Shown piece by piece: positions 18,847-28,381 of a DNA stretch of 64,000 bases; positions within the stretch are counted from its first letter, which is position 1, and every line of letters begins with the position of its first letter. Source of the stretch: Patescibacteria group bacterium (GTDB taxonomy: Bacteria > Patescibacteriota > Minisyncoccia > Phycocordibacterales > Phycocordibacteraceae). The position numbers and the translations under genes are program-made. A model generated the notes under the pieces. It was given only the letters and a program-made list of their open reading frames with translations, was not told where the DNA came from and made no database searches. The stretch covers positions 36,963-100,962 of the forward strand of contig JAHJYC010000003.1 in assembly GCA_018826905.1 (NCBI GenBank). The letters run 5' to 3'.

Positions 18847-20577
18847 ATGTTCCCACTCTCCAAAGAACTAGACGAAGGCATACGCAAGGAACTCAGTGCG
18901 TACGATGATTTCACGGCGTCACTGCTTGCCCGCAGAGGACTTATAACAAAAGAAGCAGCAGAAGCGTTTCTCAGTCCTTCCTATGATGAGCATATCCACG
19001 ACCCTATGCTCATGAAGGATATGCCGAAGGCTGCAGCAAGACTGGCGGATGCAATAGCAAAGAAAGAAAAGATTGCAGTTTGGAGTGATTACGATTGCGA
19101 CGGTATTCCGGGAGGAGTGTTGCTCCATGACTTTCTTAAAAAGGCAGGGGCAAACTTTGTGAATTACATTCCTCACAGACATAACGAGGGGTACGGGGTG
19201 AATATCCCTGGGCTAGAATCGCTCGCTCGTGATGGCGTTACTCTTGTGGTGACTGTTGACTCGGGAATCGTAGACAATATCCCTGTAGCGCACGCACGTA
19301 CGTTAGGTATGGATGTCATCGTGACAGATCACCACCTTCCTCAAGAAGGTTTGCCTGAAGCTTATGCAGTATTGAATCCGAATGCACACCCTGATGAAAC
19401 GTATCCGTACAAGAGTTTGTGTGGGGCAGGGGTAGCGTGGAAACTCGTGTGCGCCACGCTTGCCATTGGATTCCCTGGAAGAGAAGAAATTCCAGAGGGA
19501 TGGGAGAAGTGGCTTCTAGACATGGCAGGTCTTTCAACAATTGCAGATATGGTTCCCCTTACAGGAGAGAACAGGGTTATCGCTTCTTACGGACTCTTGG
19601 TTATGCGAAAATCCCCGCGTATTGGATTACAGAAACTGTGTAAGATAGCGAGAGTACAGCAATCAAAAATAACCGAGGATGATGTTGGGTTTATGATTGG
19701 TCCGCGCATCAATGCAGCGTCACGCATGGGAGACCCCCGAGATGCATTTCTTTTGCTCTCAACAACGGATGAGTCTGAAGCAGATCTTCTTGCAAAGAAA
19801 CTGGAGTCTTTGAATCGCTCACGTAGAGCAACTGCTGGAGCTATTACTCGTGCAGTGCATGAGCGGTTGGAAGAACGAAAAGTTCTCGGCACGCTTCCTG
19901 CAGTTATTGCGCTTGGTGACCCGGACTGGAGACCGGGACTCCTTGGTCTTGTTGCGAATGGCATTGCAGAGGAATATGGGAGACCAACCTTCCTCTGGGG
20001 AAGAGAGGGAAACGATACTATAAAAGGATCATGTAGGAGCGGTCCGGGAAAAGTACATTTGCTTTCGCTTATGACAGAAGCAAAAGACGCTTTCATTGAA
20101 TTTGGAGGACATGCGGCGTCTGGGGGATTTTCAGTCGCAGCAGAATCAGTGTTCACACTTGAGGAGCAGTTGTCTGCGGCGCTTGCCTCGCTCCCTGAAA
20201 AAGAAATTGAAGCAGAAGACGCAGACAAACATATTGCTCCAGAAGATGCTACGCATAAACTATTGAAATCTTTAGAGCGGTTTGCGCCTTTCGGCATGGG
20301 TAACCCAAAACCAACTTTTGCACTGCATGATGTTCGTGTTGAATCAGTGTCTTGGTTTGGAAAGGCAGAGGAGCATTTACGTTTACATATTGGAAGAGGG
20401 CACGAAGAGTTCCCGGATACCCCACTTGAGGCAATTACATTTTATGCGAGAAGGGAATTTGGAGAGAAATGCGATACGTTAACCGCAGGGGCAAGCGTGC
20501 ATCTTTTAGCGCATCTTGAGAAAGACCAGTTTAAGCGAGGGCAACCGGTACGGCTTCGCATTATTTCACTGCGCTAG
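18847..20577 (+). CDS. recJ: Single-stranded DNA exonuclease RecJ
   Basis: DYDCDG, TVDSG, TDHH, GPRINAASR, GGH and PFGMGNP motifs. Confidence 0.93.
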   Translation: MFPLSKELDEGIRKELSAYDDFTASLLARRGLITKEAAEAFLSPSYDEHIHDPMLMKDMPKAAARLADAIAKKEKIAVWSDYDCDGIPGGVLLHDFLKKAGANFVNYIPHRHNEGYGVNIPGLESLARDGVTLVVTVDSGIVDNIPVAHARTLGMDVIVTDHHLPQEGLPEAYAVLNPNAHPDETYPYKSLCGAGVAWKLVCATLAIGFPGREEIPEGWEKWLLDMAGLSTIADMVPLTGENRVIASYGLLVMRKSPRIGLQKLCKIARVQQSKITEDDVGFMIGPRINAASRMGDPRDAFLLLSTTDESEADLLAKKLESLNRSRRATAGAITRAVHERLEERKVLGTLPAVIALGDPDWRPGLLGLVANGIAEEYGRPTFLWGREGNDTIKGSCRSGPGKVHLLSLMTEAKDAFIEFGGHAASGGFSVAAESVFTLEEQLSAALASLPEKEIEAEDADKHIAPEDATHKLLKSLERFAPFGMGNPKPTFALHDVRVESVSWFGKAEEHLRLHIGRGHEEFPDTPLEAITFYARREFGEKCDTLTAGASVHLLAHLEKDQFKRGQPVRLRIISLR

Positions 20578-20615
20578 TCGCTGTTTCCTTTATCGCTATT
20601 GCTATACTGACTTGC

Positions 20616-21032
20616 ATGCAATTTACTCTTTACGCAGACGGGGGCTCCAGAGGAAATCCAGGACCTGCCGGCGCCGGCGCAATTGTAAGAGATGAGACAG
20701 GAGAGACTGTTGTTGAAGTCTCTGAGTTTTTAGGACATGCAACGAACAATATTGCTGAGTACACTGCAGTACTTCGTGCTCTTGAAGTACTTTCTGAAAA
20801 ACTTGGACCAGAGGCCGTAAAGGCAACAGTCCATGTTCGCTTGGACAGCATGCTCGTTGTGCGTCAGATGATGAAGCAATGGAAGTTAAAAAACGAAGGG
20901 CTAAAGCCGCTTGCTGCACGAGTAGAGGAGCTTATGCAGAATTTTAATTCTGTCTCTTTTGAGCATGTATACAGAGAAGACAACACTGACGCAGACAGGC
21001 TCGCAAATAGAGCGATGGATCGGGGGAGGTAA
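20616..21032 (+). CDS. rnhA: Ribonuclease HI (archaeal/actinobacterial type)
   Basis: YADGGSRGNPGPAGAG, TNNIAEY, DS.LVV.Q and N..AD.LAN motifs. Confidence 0.9.
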   Translation: MQFTLYADGGSRGNPGPAGAGAIVRDETGETVVEVSEFLGHATNNIAEYTAVLRALEVLSEKLGPEAVKATVHVRLDSMLVVRQMMKQWKLKNEGLKPLAARVEELMQNFNSVSFEHVYREDNTDADRLANRAMDRGR

Positions 21033-21040
21033 TTGTTTTC

Positions 21041-22501
21041 ATGGACAAGACACTTCTTCTTGCAGTGTTTCTAGGTTTTGTAAGTGGCATCATTTGCCGC
21101 TCTTTTTATGATATTCCCTCTGAAATATTCGTATTAGGGTTGCTTCTTGTAAGTATTTTTATTTTTGCGTGGGTAGTTAATCGTGGGGCAGCATACGCGT
21201 TCTGCGGAATATTTTTATGTATGGCATTGCTTGGGGCATATAGAACCGATCTCGCAACACAAGGCATGGCGGATGCATTTAAGGAACAGATAGGGCAACG
21301 GACAGCATACGAAGGGAAGGTAATAACCGATCCAGATATACGAGAAACAACTCAGCGCGTAACAGTTGCGGTGGAAGGAGGAAAGATACTTGTTGTCGCA
21401 CCCTTGTATCCAAAAGTTATGTATGGAGAAACGGTCCGTATTGAGGGTGTGCTCGTAGAGCCCGAGCCGTTTGATACTACCGGAGGAAGAACATTTCAGT
21501 ACGACAAGTTTTTGCAAAAAGACGAGATATTTGTGCTTATGCAGAGGGCTCACATAAGTAGAGTGCACGAAGCTGAGGGCTTAGACGCAGGAATGGCCTT
21601 TCTGTTTGGGCTGAGACATTCTTTTCTCTCCGCACTTTCGTACGCACTTCCAGAACCGCATTCTGCACTTGCTGGAGGGCTGATTGCAGGCGGTAAGCAG
21701 GGTTTGGGTACTACGTTACTCGCTGCATTCGTATTGTCAGGATTAGTGCACATAGTTGTGCTGTCGGGCTATAACGTAATGATTGTTGCTGAGGCAGTGC
21801 TCAGGTTCTTTGCGTTCCTTCCAAAGCGCACGGGTGCAGTACTGGCCTTAATTGTTATCGGGGCGTTTGTCCTTGCTGCTGGCGCTGGCGCCGCCAGTAT
21901 CCGTGCGGGCATTATGGCGGGGCTTGCACTCGTAGCCCGCGCCACAGGAAGAACGTACGCAGTTATACGAGCACTGCTTGTCGCTGCTTTTTTGATGCTT
22001 CTTCTAAACCCGCACCTCCTTATGCTTGATCCAGGTTTCCAGCTTTCATTTGTTGCTACGTTTGGGCTTATTGTCGGAGCGCCATTATTGTCTGAAAAAC
22101 TTAGAATGATCAAGAATACCTTTGTGAAAGAATTGCTTGCATCTACGCTCGCAGCGCAAATAGCAGTTCTCCCTCTACTTTTGTATCAAACAGGGGTTCT
22201 CTCTCTTGTATCCCTTCCGGCAAACTTAGCAGTTCTCCCTGCAGTTCCGTTGGCGATGTTGCTCTCTGCTGTTGCTGGGGTTGCGGGTCTATTAAGTACC
22301 ACACTTGCTCCAATATTTGGATTACCTGCCTTCGCAGTACTTTCTTACATTATTGCCGTAACAGAAAAAACAGCTAGCCTGCCATTTGCAGGGGTGTCAC
22401 TCCCAGTGTTTCCATTCTGGATAGTTCTAATCGCGTATGGGGCTCTCGGTATTGGCGCGCACTTTCTCTCAAAGAAGAGTCTTATAGCAAGGCCTTGTTA
22501 A
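21041..22501 (+). CDS. comEC: ComEC/Rec2 competence protein, membrane (OB + Competence) part
   Basis: GLVHIVVLSGYNV, SIRAGIM and DPGFQLSF motifs. Confidence 0.9.
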   Translation: MDKTLLLAVFLGFVSGIICRSFYDIPSEIFVLGLLLVSIFIFAWVVNRGAAYAFCGIFLCMALLGAYRTDLATQGMADAFKEQIGQRTAYEGKVITDPDIRETTQRVTVAVEGGKILVVAPLYPKVMYGETVRIEGVLVEPEPFDTTGGRTFQYDKFLQKDEIFVLMQRAHISRVHEAEGLDAGMAFLFGLRHSFLSALSYALPEPHSALAGGLIAGGKQGLGTTLLAAFVLSGLVHIVVLSGYNVMIVAEAVLRFFAFLPKRTGAVLALIVIGAFVLAAGAGAASIRAGIMAGLALVARATGRTYAVIRALLVAAFLMLLLNPHLLMLDPGFQLSFVATFGLIVGAPLLSEKLRMIKNTFVKELLASTLAAQIAVLPLLLYQTGVLSLVSLPANLAVLPAVPLAMLLSAVAGVAGLLSTTLAPIFGLPAFAVLSYIIAVTEKTASLPFAGVSLPVFPFWIVLIAYGALGIGAHFLSKKSLIARPC

Positions 22502-23078
22502 TGCGTGCTTCTGCAACAGACCAATTAACGTTCTCTAGAAACGCCTCAACGTATGTTTTCTTTTCTGCAGGAACGTAATCAACCATAAAAGCATGCTCCC
22601 AAAGATCTATGGCGAGGACGATAGGCAGTCCTGAAAGTTGCCCGATCTCATGGTCATTCACAAATGCTGTATGAAGCGTTTCTGCAACAGCATCAAAGTA
22701 CACAACCACCCAGCCGATGCCACGAGTCCCCGCAACCTCTTTCATGTGTGCAATAAACTCGCCCCACCCTCCATATTTCTCCGTCGCTACTTTTAGGAGG
22801 TTTCCTTCGCTATTTGCTGCCTGGGGCCCTCCAACGAATTGGTCAAAATAATACTCGTGCATACGCATGCCATCAAATTCAAATCCAAGACGGCGACGGA
22901 GCTCTGCAATGACGAATGCATTTGATTCAGCATTCTCAGATCGAAGCCGTTGGATAGTTTCAAGAATAAGATTCACGTGCTTTACGTACCCTTCGTATAG
23001 TGCGAGGTGTACATCAATTTGTTTCTTGGAAAGTCCCTTTAGCTCAGGGAGGTCAAAAGTGCGGGTACTGTAAATCAT
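22482..23078 (-). CDS. sod: Fe/Mn superoxide dismutase family
   Basis: H..LY.GYV, HEYYF and DLWEHAFMVDY motifs. Confidence 0.88.
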   Translation of the reverse strand: MIYSTRTFDLPELKGLSKKQIDVHLALYEGYVKHVNLILETIQRLRSENAESNAFVIAELRRRLGFEFDGMRMHEYYFDQFVGGPQAANSEGNLLKVATEKYGGWGEFIAHMKEVAGTRGIGWVVVYFDAVAETLHTAFVNDHEIGQLSGLPIVLAIDLWEHAFMVDYVPAEKKTYVEAFLENVNWSVAEARINKALL

Positions 23079-23148
23079 AGATATATATCGTTAAGTAGTA
23101 CTAGTATACCGTCTCGGCCAATGAGCGTTCTATGAGTATTCTTAGATC

Positions 23149-24033
23149 ATGCAACGACGCGCAATTCTGTGGCTTCTTCTGATTGTAGTGTGTTCCATTA
23201 ATCTACTTGTCTTTGTTGCTACTCGCTTACCCGCGCCTTCGGGGACAATGGAGGTTTCTTTTCTTGACGTAGGCCAAGGAGACGCAATTCTCATAACAGG
23301 ACCAACAGGGATCCAGTTGCTTGTAGATGGAGGGAGAGATAGGTCTGCGGTGCGCGAGCTCCCGAAGGTAATGAATCTTTTAGATAGGCGTATTGAGATG
23401 GTCTTAGCAACGCATCCAGATGCAGACCATATTGGCGGACTCCCAGATGTTCTGAGCCGGTATCGTGTGTCCTATGTTCTTACTCCGGGCCGCGAGGGAG
23501 AGAGTGAAGTATTCAGTTCGTTTGAAGAGAGCATAAAAAATGAAAGCGGAGCAAAAGAGCTGGTTGCCCGGGCAGGAATGAGAATCAATTTAGGTGGGGG
23601 ATCGTACGCTGACGTCCTGTATCCAGGAGACAATGTTGCGCAACTGCGAGAACCAAATGATGCGTCTGTGATACTACGTGTCGTGTATGGTGATACAGAA
23701 TTTCTTCTTACAGGAGATGCTCCTTCGTGGGTGGAGGAGCGGCTTGTCTCCCAGTATGGAGCTAGTCTCCAAAGCGATGTTCTTAAAGCAGGACATCATG
23801 GGTCGCGCTCATCAACAAGTAAGCTCTGGCTTGCCATAGTGCAGCCTGAGGTGGTCGTTGTTTCTGCTGGAGAAAATAATAGTTATGGACACCCGCACCC
23901 TGAAGTCTTGGAGAATGTAGAGAAGAGTGGTGCCACTCTTCTCTCTACGGTTTCCGAAGGAACTATTACGTATGTGTCGGATGGAATCACGTATGAGCGT
24001 AAAAGATTGACAGGGGTAGGTTGGTGGCGTTAA
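23149..24033 (+). CDS. ComEC-type metallo-beta-lactamase-fold nuclease (stand-alone domain)
   Basis: FLDVGQGDAILI, THPDADHIGG, LKAGHHGS and NSYGHPH motifs. Confidence 0.9.
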   Translation: MQRRAILWLLLIVVCSINLLVFVATRLPAPSGTMEVSFLDVGQGDAILITGPTGIQLLVDGGRDRSAVRELPKVMNLLDRRIEMVLATHPDADHIGGLPDVLSRYRVSYVLTPGREGESEVFSSFEESIKNESGAKELVARAGMRINLGGGSYADVLYPGDNVAQLREPNDASVILRVVYGDTEFLLTGDAPSWVEERLVSQYGASLQSDVLKAGHHGSRSSTSKLWLAIVQPEVVVVSAGENNSYGHPHPEVLENVEKSGATLLSTVSEGTITYVSDGITYERKRLTGVGWWR

Positions 24034-24064
24034 GTAGCTACACAGTTCATTGGGAGAGAAGGCC

Positions 24065-24337
24065 ATGCGAGAGAATCAAGAAGTCCCCGCTAGGGGCGGA
24101 CTTCGGAAAGGTGCCGGGAGGTACAAGGAGAAGCGGTGGTACCGCATCATCTTCCACGGCAAGCCGAAACAGCGCGTCAAGGCAGAGGACGACGAGGAAG
24201 CGCGGACTCTGGTGGCTTTCAAGCTGCACTTGCCACATCCGCTCACCGAAGAAGACTTCGTGCGCGTGCACGGCAAGAAGATCCTGGACGACAACAACGT
24301 CCAGATTTTCCCACCGAAAAAAGACACTCGGCACTAA
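24065..24337 (+). CDS. SD-led, GC3-rich stand-alone mini-gene; small basic hypothetical protein (90 aa)
   Basis: GGGAGAG at 24052-24058; TTGACA at 24007-24012; C/G-ending codons; terminator at 24342-24368. Confidence 0.65.
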   Translation: MRENQEVPARGGLRKGAGRYKEKRWYRIIFHGKPKQRVKAEDDEEARTLVAFKLHLPHPLTEEDFVRVHGKKILDDNNVQIFPPKKDTRH

Positions 24338-24366
24338 GAACAAAACCGCCAGCGGCGGTTTTTCCT

Positions 24367-24609
24367 TTATATAACTCCTGCTTTCTTGAGAGTGGCGTGT
24401 GCGCCGTTCTTCTTGATGTGACGCATGCCCTTGGCGCTTATGTCCACAAGGACTGCTTTCCCAAGTTCAAGAACAAAGATACGACGCTTCTGAAGATTCG
24501 CCTTACGACGGACCTTTCCTGTTGGGTTGAATTGAGTCGCACGGGTGCGGTTTGAATACCGTCCGCCAATTTGCGTACTCTTTCCGGTTACTGCGCATTC
24601 GCGTGCCAT
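24367..24609 (-). CDS. rpmB: 50S ribosomal protein L28
   Basis: MARECAVTGK...RRKANLQKRRIFV...ISAKGMR. Confidence 0.88.
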   Translation of the reverse strand: MARECAVTGKSTQIGGRYSNRTRATQFNPTGKVRRKANLQKRRIFVLELGKAVLVDISAKGMRHIKKNGAHATLKKAGVI

Positions 24610-24656
24610 AGTTCACGCATGCTAGCATACAGAGACGTATTTGAGCAACCTGACCC

Positions 24657-25286
24657 ATGTCCATGATTTTCCTTACAATCGCAATCCTTATTATTTCCGT
24701 GATTATTCACGAGGTGGCTCATGGGTGGGCGGCGAACGCCCTTGGAGACCCAACAGCCAAATTGCAGGGCCGTTTGTCGCTTAATCCTGTCCGTCACATA
24801 GATCCAATAGGATCTATCCTCATTCCAGCTGTACTAGTTATTACGCAATCAAGCTTTCTGTTTGGTTGGGCGAAGCCAGTTCCGTACAATCCGTATAACC
24901 TAAAGAATCAGCGCTGGGGCGAAGCAATTGTTGGGTCTGCTGGAGTTCTTACAAACCTGCTTTTAGCAGTTATTTTTGCGGTGATTACACGGGCTGCGGC
25001 AGGAGCCGGAATGATTGAGTTCGCACTTTTGGCAGCCATCGTTGTTTCAGTGAATCTTTCGCTCGGTATCTTTAACTTGCTCCCTATTCCTCCGCTTGAT
25101 GGCTACACGGTACTGCGCGGACTTCTTCCCTATAAAATGTCTATGGCATTTCGTGAATTTGAGGAGCGAATTCTTCAAGGGGGCATCTTTTCGCTCATAC
25201 TTATATTGTTCCTGTTTTCCTATTTCCTTTCCGCACCATTCGGAGCCTTGATAAGAACGGTATTCAAATTCTTGGTGGGAGCCTAG
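24657..25286 (+). CDS. Site-2 protease (M50) family
   Basis: HEVAHG zinc motif and FNLLPIPPLDG. Confidence 0.92.
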   Translation: MSMIFLTIAILIISVIIHEVAHGWAANALGDPTAKLQGRLSLNPVRHIDPIGSILIPAVLVITQSSFLFGWAKPVPYNPYNLKNQRWGEAIVGSAGVLTNLLLAVIFAVITRAAAGAGMIEFALLAAIVVSVNLSLGIFNLLPIPPLDGYTVLRGLLPYKMSMAFREFEERILQGGIFSLILILFLFSYFLSAPFGALIRTVFKFLVGA

Positions 25287-25312
25287 TATATAGAACAATT
25301 GTTCTATATACT
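25285..25312. promoter_or_regulatory. Perfect 28-bp palindromic operator with GAAC-N4-GTTC core (SOS-box-like)
   Basis: AGTATATAGAACAA|TTGTTCTATATACT overlaps the -10 TATACT (25307-25312) just before the lexA-like ATG. Confidence 0.8.
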
Positions 25313-25318
25313 GTGTGA

Positions 25319-25885
25319 ATGACACAGGATCGTAAAAGGAAGGTACTTGCGTTCTATCGCGCCCAGAAGCGCATGCCTTCTATAACGGAGCTTATGAAGC
25401 TTTTTAGTTTAGAGTCCCGCAGCGCTGCCTTCTATGCGGCAAATAAACTAATTGAGGAGGGAATTCTTGAAAAGGATTCCTCTGGGAAGCTACTCCCTGC
25501 TGCAGGACTTTTTTCAGTCCCACTTGTGGGACATATACGTGCGGGTTTCGCGGCGCCCGCAGAAGAAGAATTAGCCGATACTATTTCAATAGGAGATTTT
25601 CTTTTGGACAATCCAAATGCAAGTTACTTACTGCAGGTCTCTGGGGACTCTATGGAAGACGCAGGAATTCGCGAGGGAGACATGGTTGTCTTTGAGCGTA
25701 CACAGAATGTGAAGCCGGGAGATATTGTCGTTGCCTTAACGGAAGACGGGTACACGCTTAAATATTTACGAAAGAAAGGAAAGGTCTTTTATCTTGAAGC
25801 AGCAAACAGCGCGTACCCTGATATTCACCCAAGAGAAGGGGAGATTGTGGGGAGAGTTACCTCTACCTTTAGGAAGTACACATAA
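25319..25885 (+). CDS. lexA: LexA-family repressor/S24 peptidase
   Basis: N-terminal wHTH (MPSITEL), Ala-Gly cleavage site (IRAGF), catalytic Ser (GDSM) and Lys (TLK). Confidence 0.85.
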   Translation: MTQDRKRKVLAFYRAQKRMPSITELMKLFSLESRSAAFYAANKLIEEGILEKDSSGKLLPAAGLFSVPLVGHIRAGFAAPAEEELADTISIGDFLLDNPNASYLLQVSGDSMEDAGIREGDMVVFERTQNVKPGDIVVALTEDGYTLKYLRKKGKVFYLEAANSAYPDIHPREGEIVGRVTSTFRKYT

Positions 25886-25888
25886 CGT

Positions 25889-27157
25889 ATGGAGCGCTCT
25901 TACCCACGAGCGATACTGCATTTTGATGGTGATGCATTTTTTGCATCAGTTGAGCAAGCGAAAGACTGGCGACTAAGAGGAAAGCCTGTTGTTACAGGAG
26001 GCGAACGAGGCGCTGCCACGTCGCTTTCGTACGAGGCGAAGGCTCGCGGTATTCACCGAAGTATGCCGATGCACGAGATCAGGAGAATCTGCCCGGACGT
26101 AGTTATCGTGTCTTCTGACTACACTTCGTACTCGCTTTTTGCGCGACGGATGTATGCCATTGTGCGGGAGTATACCGATGCAGTTGAGGAGTACAGCATT
26201 GATGAATGTTTTGCTGACATAACGGGACTTGAGCAGAGTCTCGACATGTCTTACGAAGAAATCGGCAAAACAATTAAAGCGAAGTTAGAAACGAGTCTCG
26301 GTATTACGTTTGGTGTGGGACTTTCCGTTACAAAGACACTTGCAAAAGTAGCATCTAAGCACAGAAAACCTGCAGGCTTTACAACAATCCCGGTGGAGAA
26401 AATTGAGGAGTATTTAGGGCAGACTGAAATTTATGATATTTGGGGATTGGGTGGCGCCTCTGGAGGGCACCTAAGAAAGTCTGGAGTTAGTACGGCGCTT
26501 GAATATATTCAGAAGGATGAAGGATGGCTTAAAGATCACGGCATCGTAAAGCCGCAGCGAGCTACTTGGCTTGAGTTGCAAGGACACTCAGTGCTTTCGC
26601 TGGGGAGCGGTGTTCGTGCACTCCCGCACTCAGTTATGAAGACACGCACGTTCTCTCCGCCATCTATGGATAGGGAGTATGTCTTTTCTCAACTCTCAAA
26701 GAATGTGGAAGCTGCGTGTGTGAAGTTGCGGAAGGAGGGGCTCAGAGCACATGCGTTAAGTTTTTATTTAAAGACTCAGGAGTTTACATACCATGGTGTG
26801 CAGATAGATTTTCCTGTTGCCTTGTCTGAACCTTCGCAGCTACTCGCGCATATAGAGAAGAGATTTAATGAAGTATACGCAACAGAGATTTTGTATCGGG
26901 CGAGCGGGGTAACGCTGCGCTCGCTCGTACCATCTGTTGCTGTTACGCCTGATTTGTTTGGAGAGTTTAAACAGATCTCTGAAAAGCAGGAAACATTTTC
27001 AACTCTTGATGCGCTCAACAAAAAGTTTGGAAGACATACGGTTTTTCTTGCGTCTAGCATGCGCGCCCTTGGAGTTGAGGCCAGAGACACTTTTCTTCGT
27101 GCAGGACCGCAGCACAAGAAGCGGATAAATATTCCGTATCTGGGGGAAGTTACATAA
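25889..27157 (+). CDS. dinB: Y-family DNA polymerase (DinB/UmuC-like) with C-terminal RecA-NT-like motif
   Basis: HFDGDAFFASVE, SYEAK, YSIDECF; clamp-like 'PDLF'; 'TLDALNKKFGRHTVFLAS'. Confidence 0.88.
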   Translation: MERSYPRAILHFDGDAFFASVEQAKDWRLRGKPVVTGGERGAATSLSYEAKARGIHRSMPMHEIRRICPDVVIVSSDYTSYSLFARRMYAIVREYTDAVEEYSIDECFADITGLEQSLDMSYEEIGKTIKAKLETSLGITFGVGLSVTKTLAKVASKHRKPAGFTTIPVEKIEEYLGQTEIYDIWGLGGASGGHLRKSGVSTALEYIQKDEGWLKDHGIVKPQRATWLELQGHSVLSLGSGVRALPHSVMKTRTFSPPSMDREYVFSQLSKNVEAACVKLRKEGLRAHALSFYLKTQEFTYHGVQIDFPVALSEPSQLLAHIEKRFNEVYATEILYRASGVTLRSLVPSVAVTPDLFGEFKQISEKQETFSTLDALNKKFGRHTVFLASSMRALGVEARDTFLRAGPQHKKRINIPYLGEVT

Positions 27158-27166
27158 AAAACACCC

Positions 27167-27436
27167 CTATCGTTGCGGGGTGCGTGATGGATGGCGCTCA
27201 TCATATTCAAGCATAAGGGCTCGTTCCAGGATTCTCCTCCCCTCAGGCGAATCGTGTGCAAAGGGAAGATCTAGCTCCTTGTATTTGGTGTGAGCGACTT
27301 TTTGAGCCTCTCTGCTGCTGAAAGAGCCTCCTTCCGCAAGTGTGAGCAGCAGGTCTGCCTGATGCTCATACAGACGGCTCAGCTTTTTGACGAGATTTTT
27401 TACGAGGGATTCCTCGTGTGGCGAAAGTGGTGCCAT
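27167..27436 (-). CDS. SD-led stand-alone mini-gene; small helical hypothetical protein (89 aa)
   Basis: AAAGGAGG (rc of 27445-27452) 8 nt before the ATG; terminator hairpin overlaps the stop (27156-27182). Confidence 0.65.
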   Translation of the reverse strand: MAPLSPHEESLVKNLVKKLSRLYEHQADLLLTLAEGGSFSSREAQKVAHTKYKELDLPFAHDSPEGRRILERALMLEYDERHPSRTPQR

Positions 27437-27520
27437 AAGTTGTGCCTCCTTTCAGGAAGTAGACTTATTGCGTCTGGCGCCCTTATGGGTCTGAGTAAAT
27501 TATGTTATAAATCTTGATAT

Positions 27521-28381
27521 ATGCAAGAGGATCGTATACGGCGGCTCATTTCCTACGCCCCGGCTGGTTTTGGGGCCGTAGTGCTTGTTGCTGCACTGCT
27601 GGCCATTGCAACTGCTCCACAGCTTCCTGTGGGCGGGCTTCCTGCTGCTGTAGTTTCAGGATCAGTGTTCTCCCTTACGAATCAAGAGCGCGCGAGCGAA
27701 GGAGTACAGGCTTTAATTCGGAATACTAAGCTTGATCGGGCTGCGCAGATGAAAGCTGAGGACATGGCGAACAAGTCGTACTATGCACATGTTTCTCCAG
27801 AGGGTCTTACGCCAATGCATTTTGTGGATCGGGCAGGGTACAGCTATTTGATGGTGGGAGAGAACCTGGTTGTAAACCGAGATTCTGCGCAAGAAGTGAT
27901 TAGTGCATTTATGGGGTCTCCCGGACACCGTACAAATATACTCCGTTCTGAGTTTACAGATATTGGGGTGGGGGTTGCGAATGGTACCTATAAAGGAAAG
28001 GAGGCGGTGTTTGTTGTGCAGATTTTTGCTGCTCCGAGGGCAGAGGCACCTAAGTCAGTACCGAAGAAAATTGTTTCCATAGAAGAAAAGATAGCTACTC
28101 CTAAAAAGGAAGAAGTAAAACCTGCACCGCTTCCCGCACTTGCTGAAAAAGTAGAGGATGCTCTGTCTCCGATTTTAGTCCCTATAGCTGAAGCAACGAG
28201 TACTGCTGTTGTGGCGTCTTCAACTGAAGAGACTGTACTCGTTCCTGCATTCTCTATCTCTTCTACGAATGCGATTGAGCTATACGCAGTTGAAGAAAGG
28301 AAACCAATTAGTGCGAGAGAAAGAGTTCAGCAATCTTTGCGATCTTGGCTAAAACAATTTCAGGCACGCTTTGTGTTCTAA
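27521..28381 (+). CDS. CAP/SCP domain protein
   Basis: LTNQER, AAQMKAEDM, GENL, SPGHRTNIL and IGVGV motifs. Confidence 0.88.
   Translation: MQEDRIRRLISYAPAGFGAVVLVAALLAIATAPQLPVGGLPAAVVSGSVFSLTNQERASEGVQALIRNTKLDRAAQMKAEDMANKSYYAHVSPEGLTPMHFVDRAGYSYLMVGENLVVNRDSAQEVISAFMGSPGHRTNILRSEFTDIGVGVANGTYKGKEAVFVVQIFAAPRAEAPKSVPKKIVSIEEKIATPKKEEVKPAPLPALAEKVEDALSPILVPIAEATSTAVVASSTEETVLVPAFSISSTNAIELYAVEERKPISARERVQQSLRSWLKQFQARFVF

Noticed and set aside
21021-21040. GGGAGGT upstream of comEC
   Set aside because: It arises from the last codons and stop of rnhA (GGG AGG TAA), 10 nt from the ATG, so it is likely incidental; noted as a counter-example.
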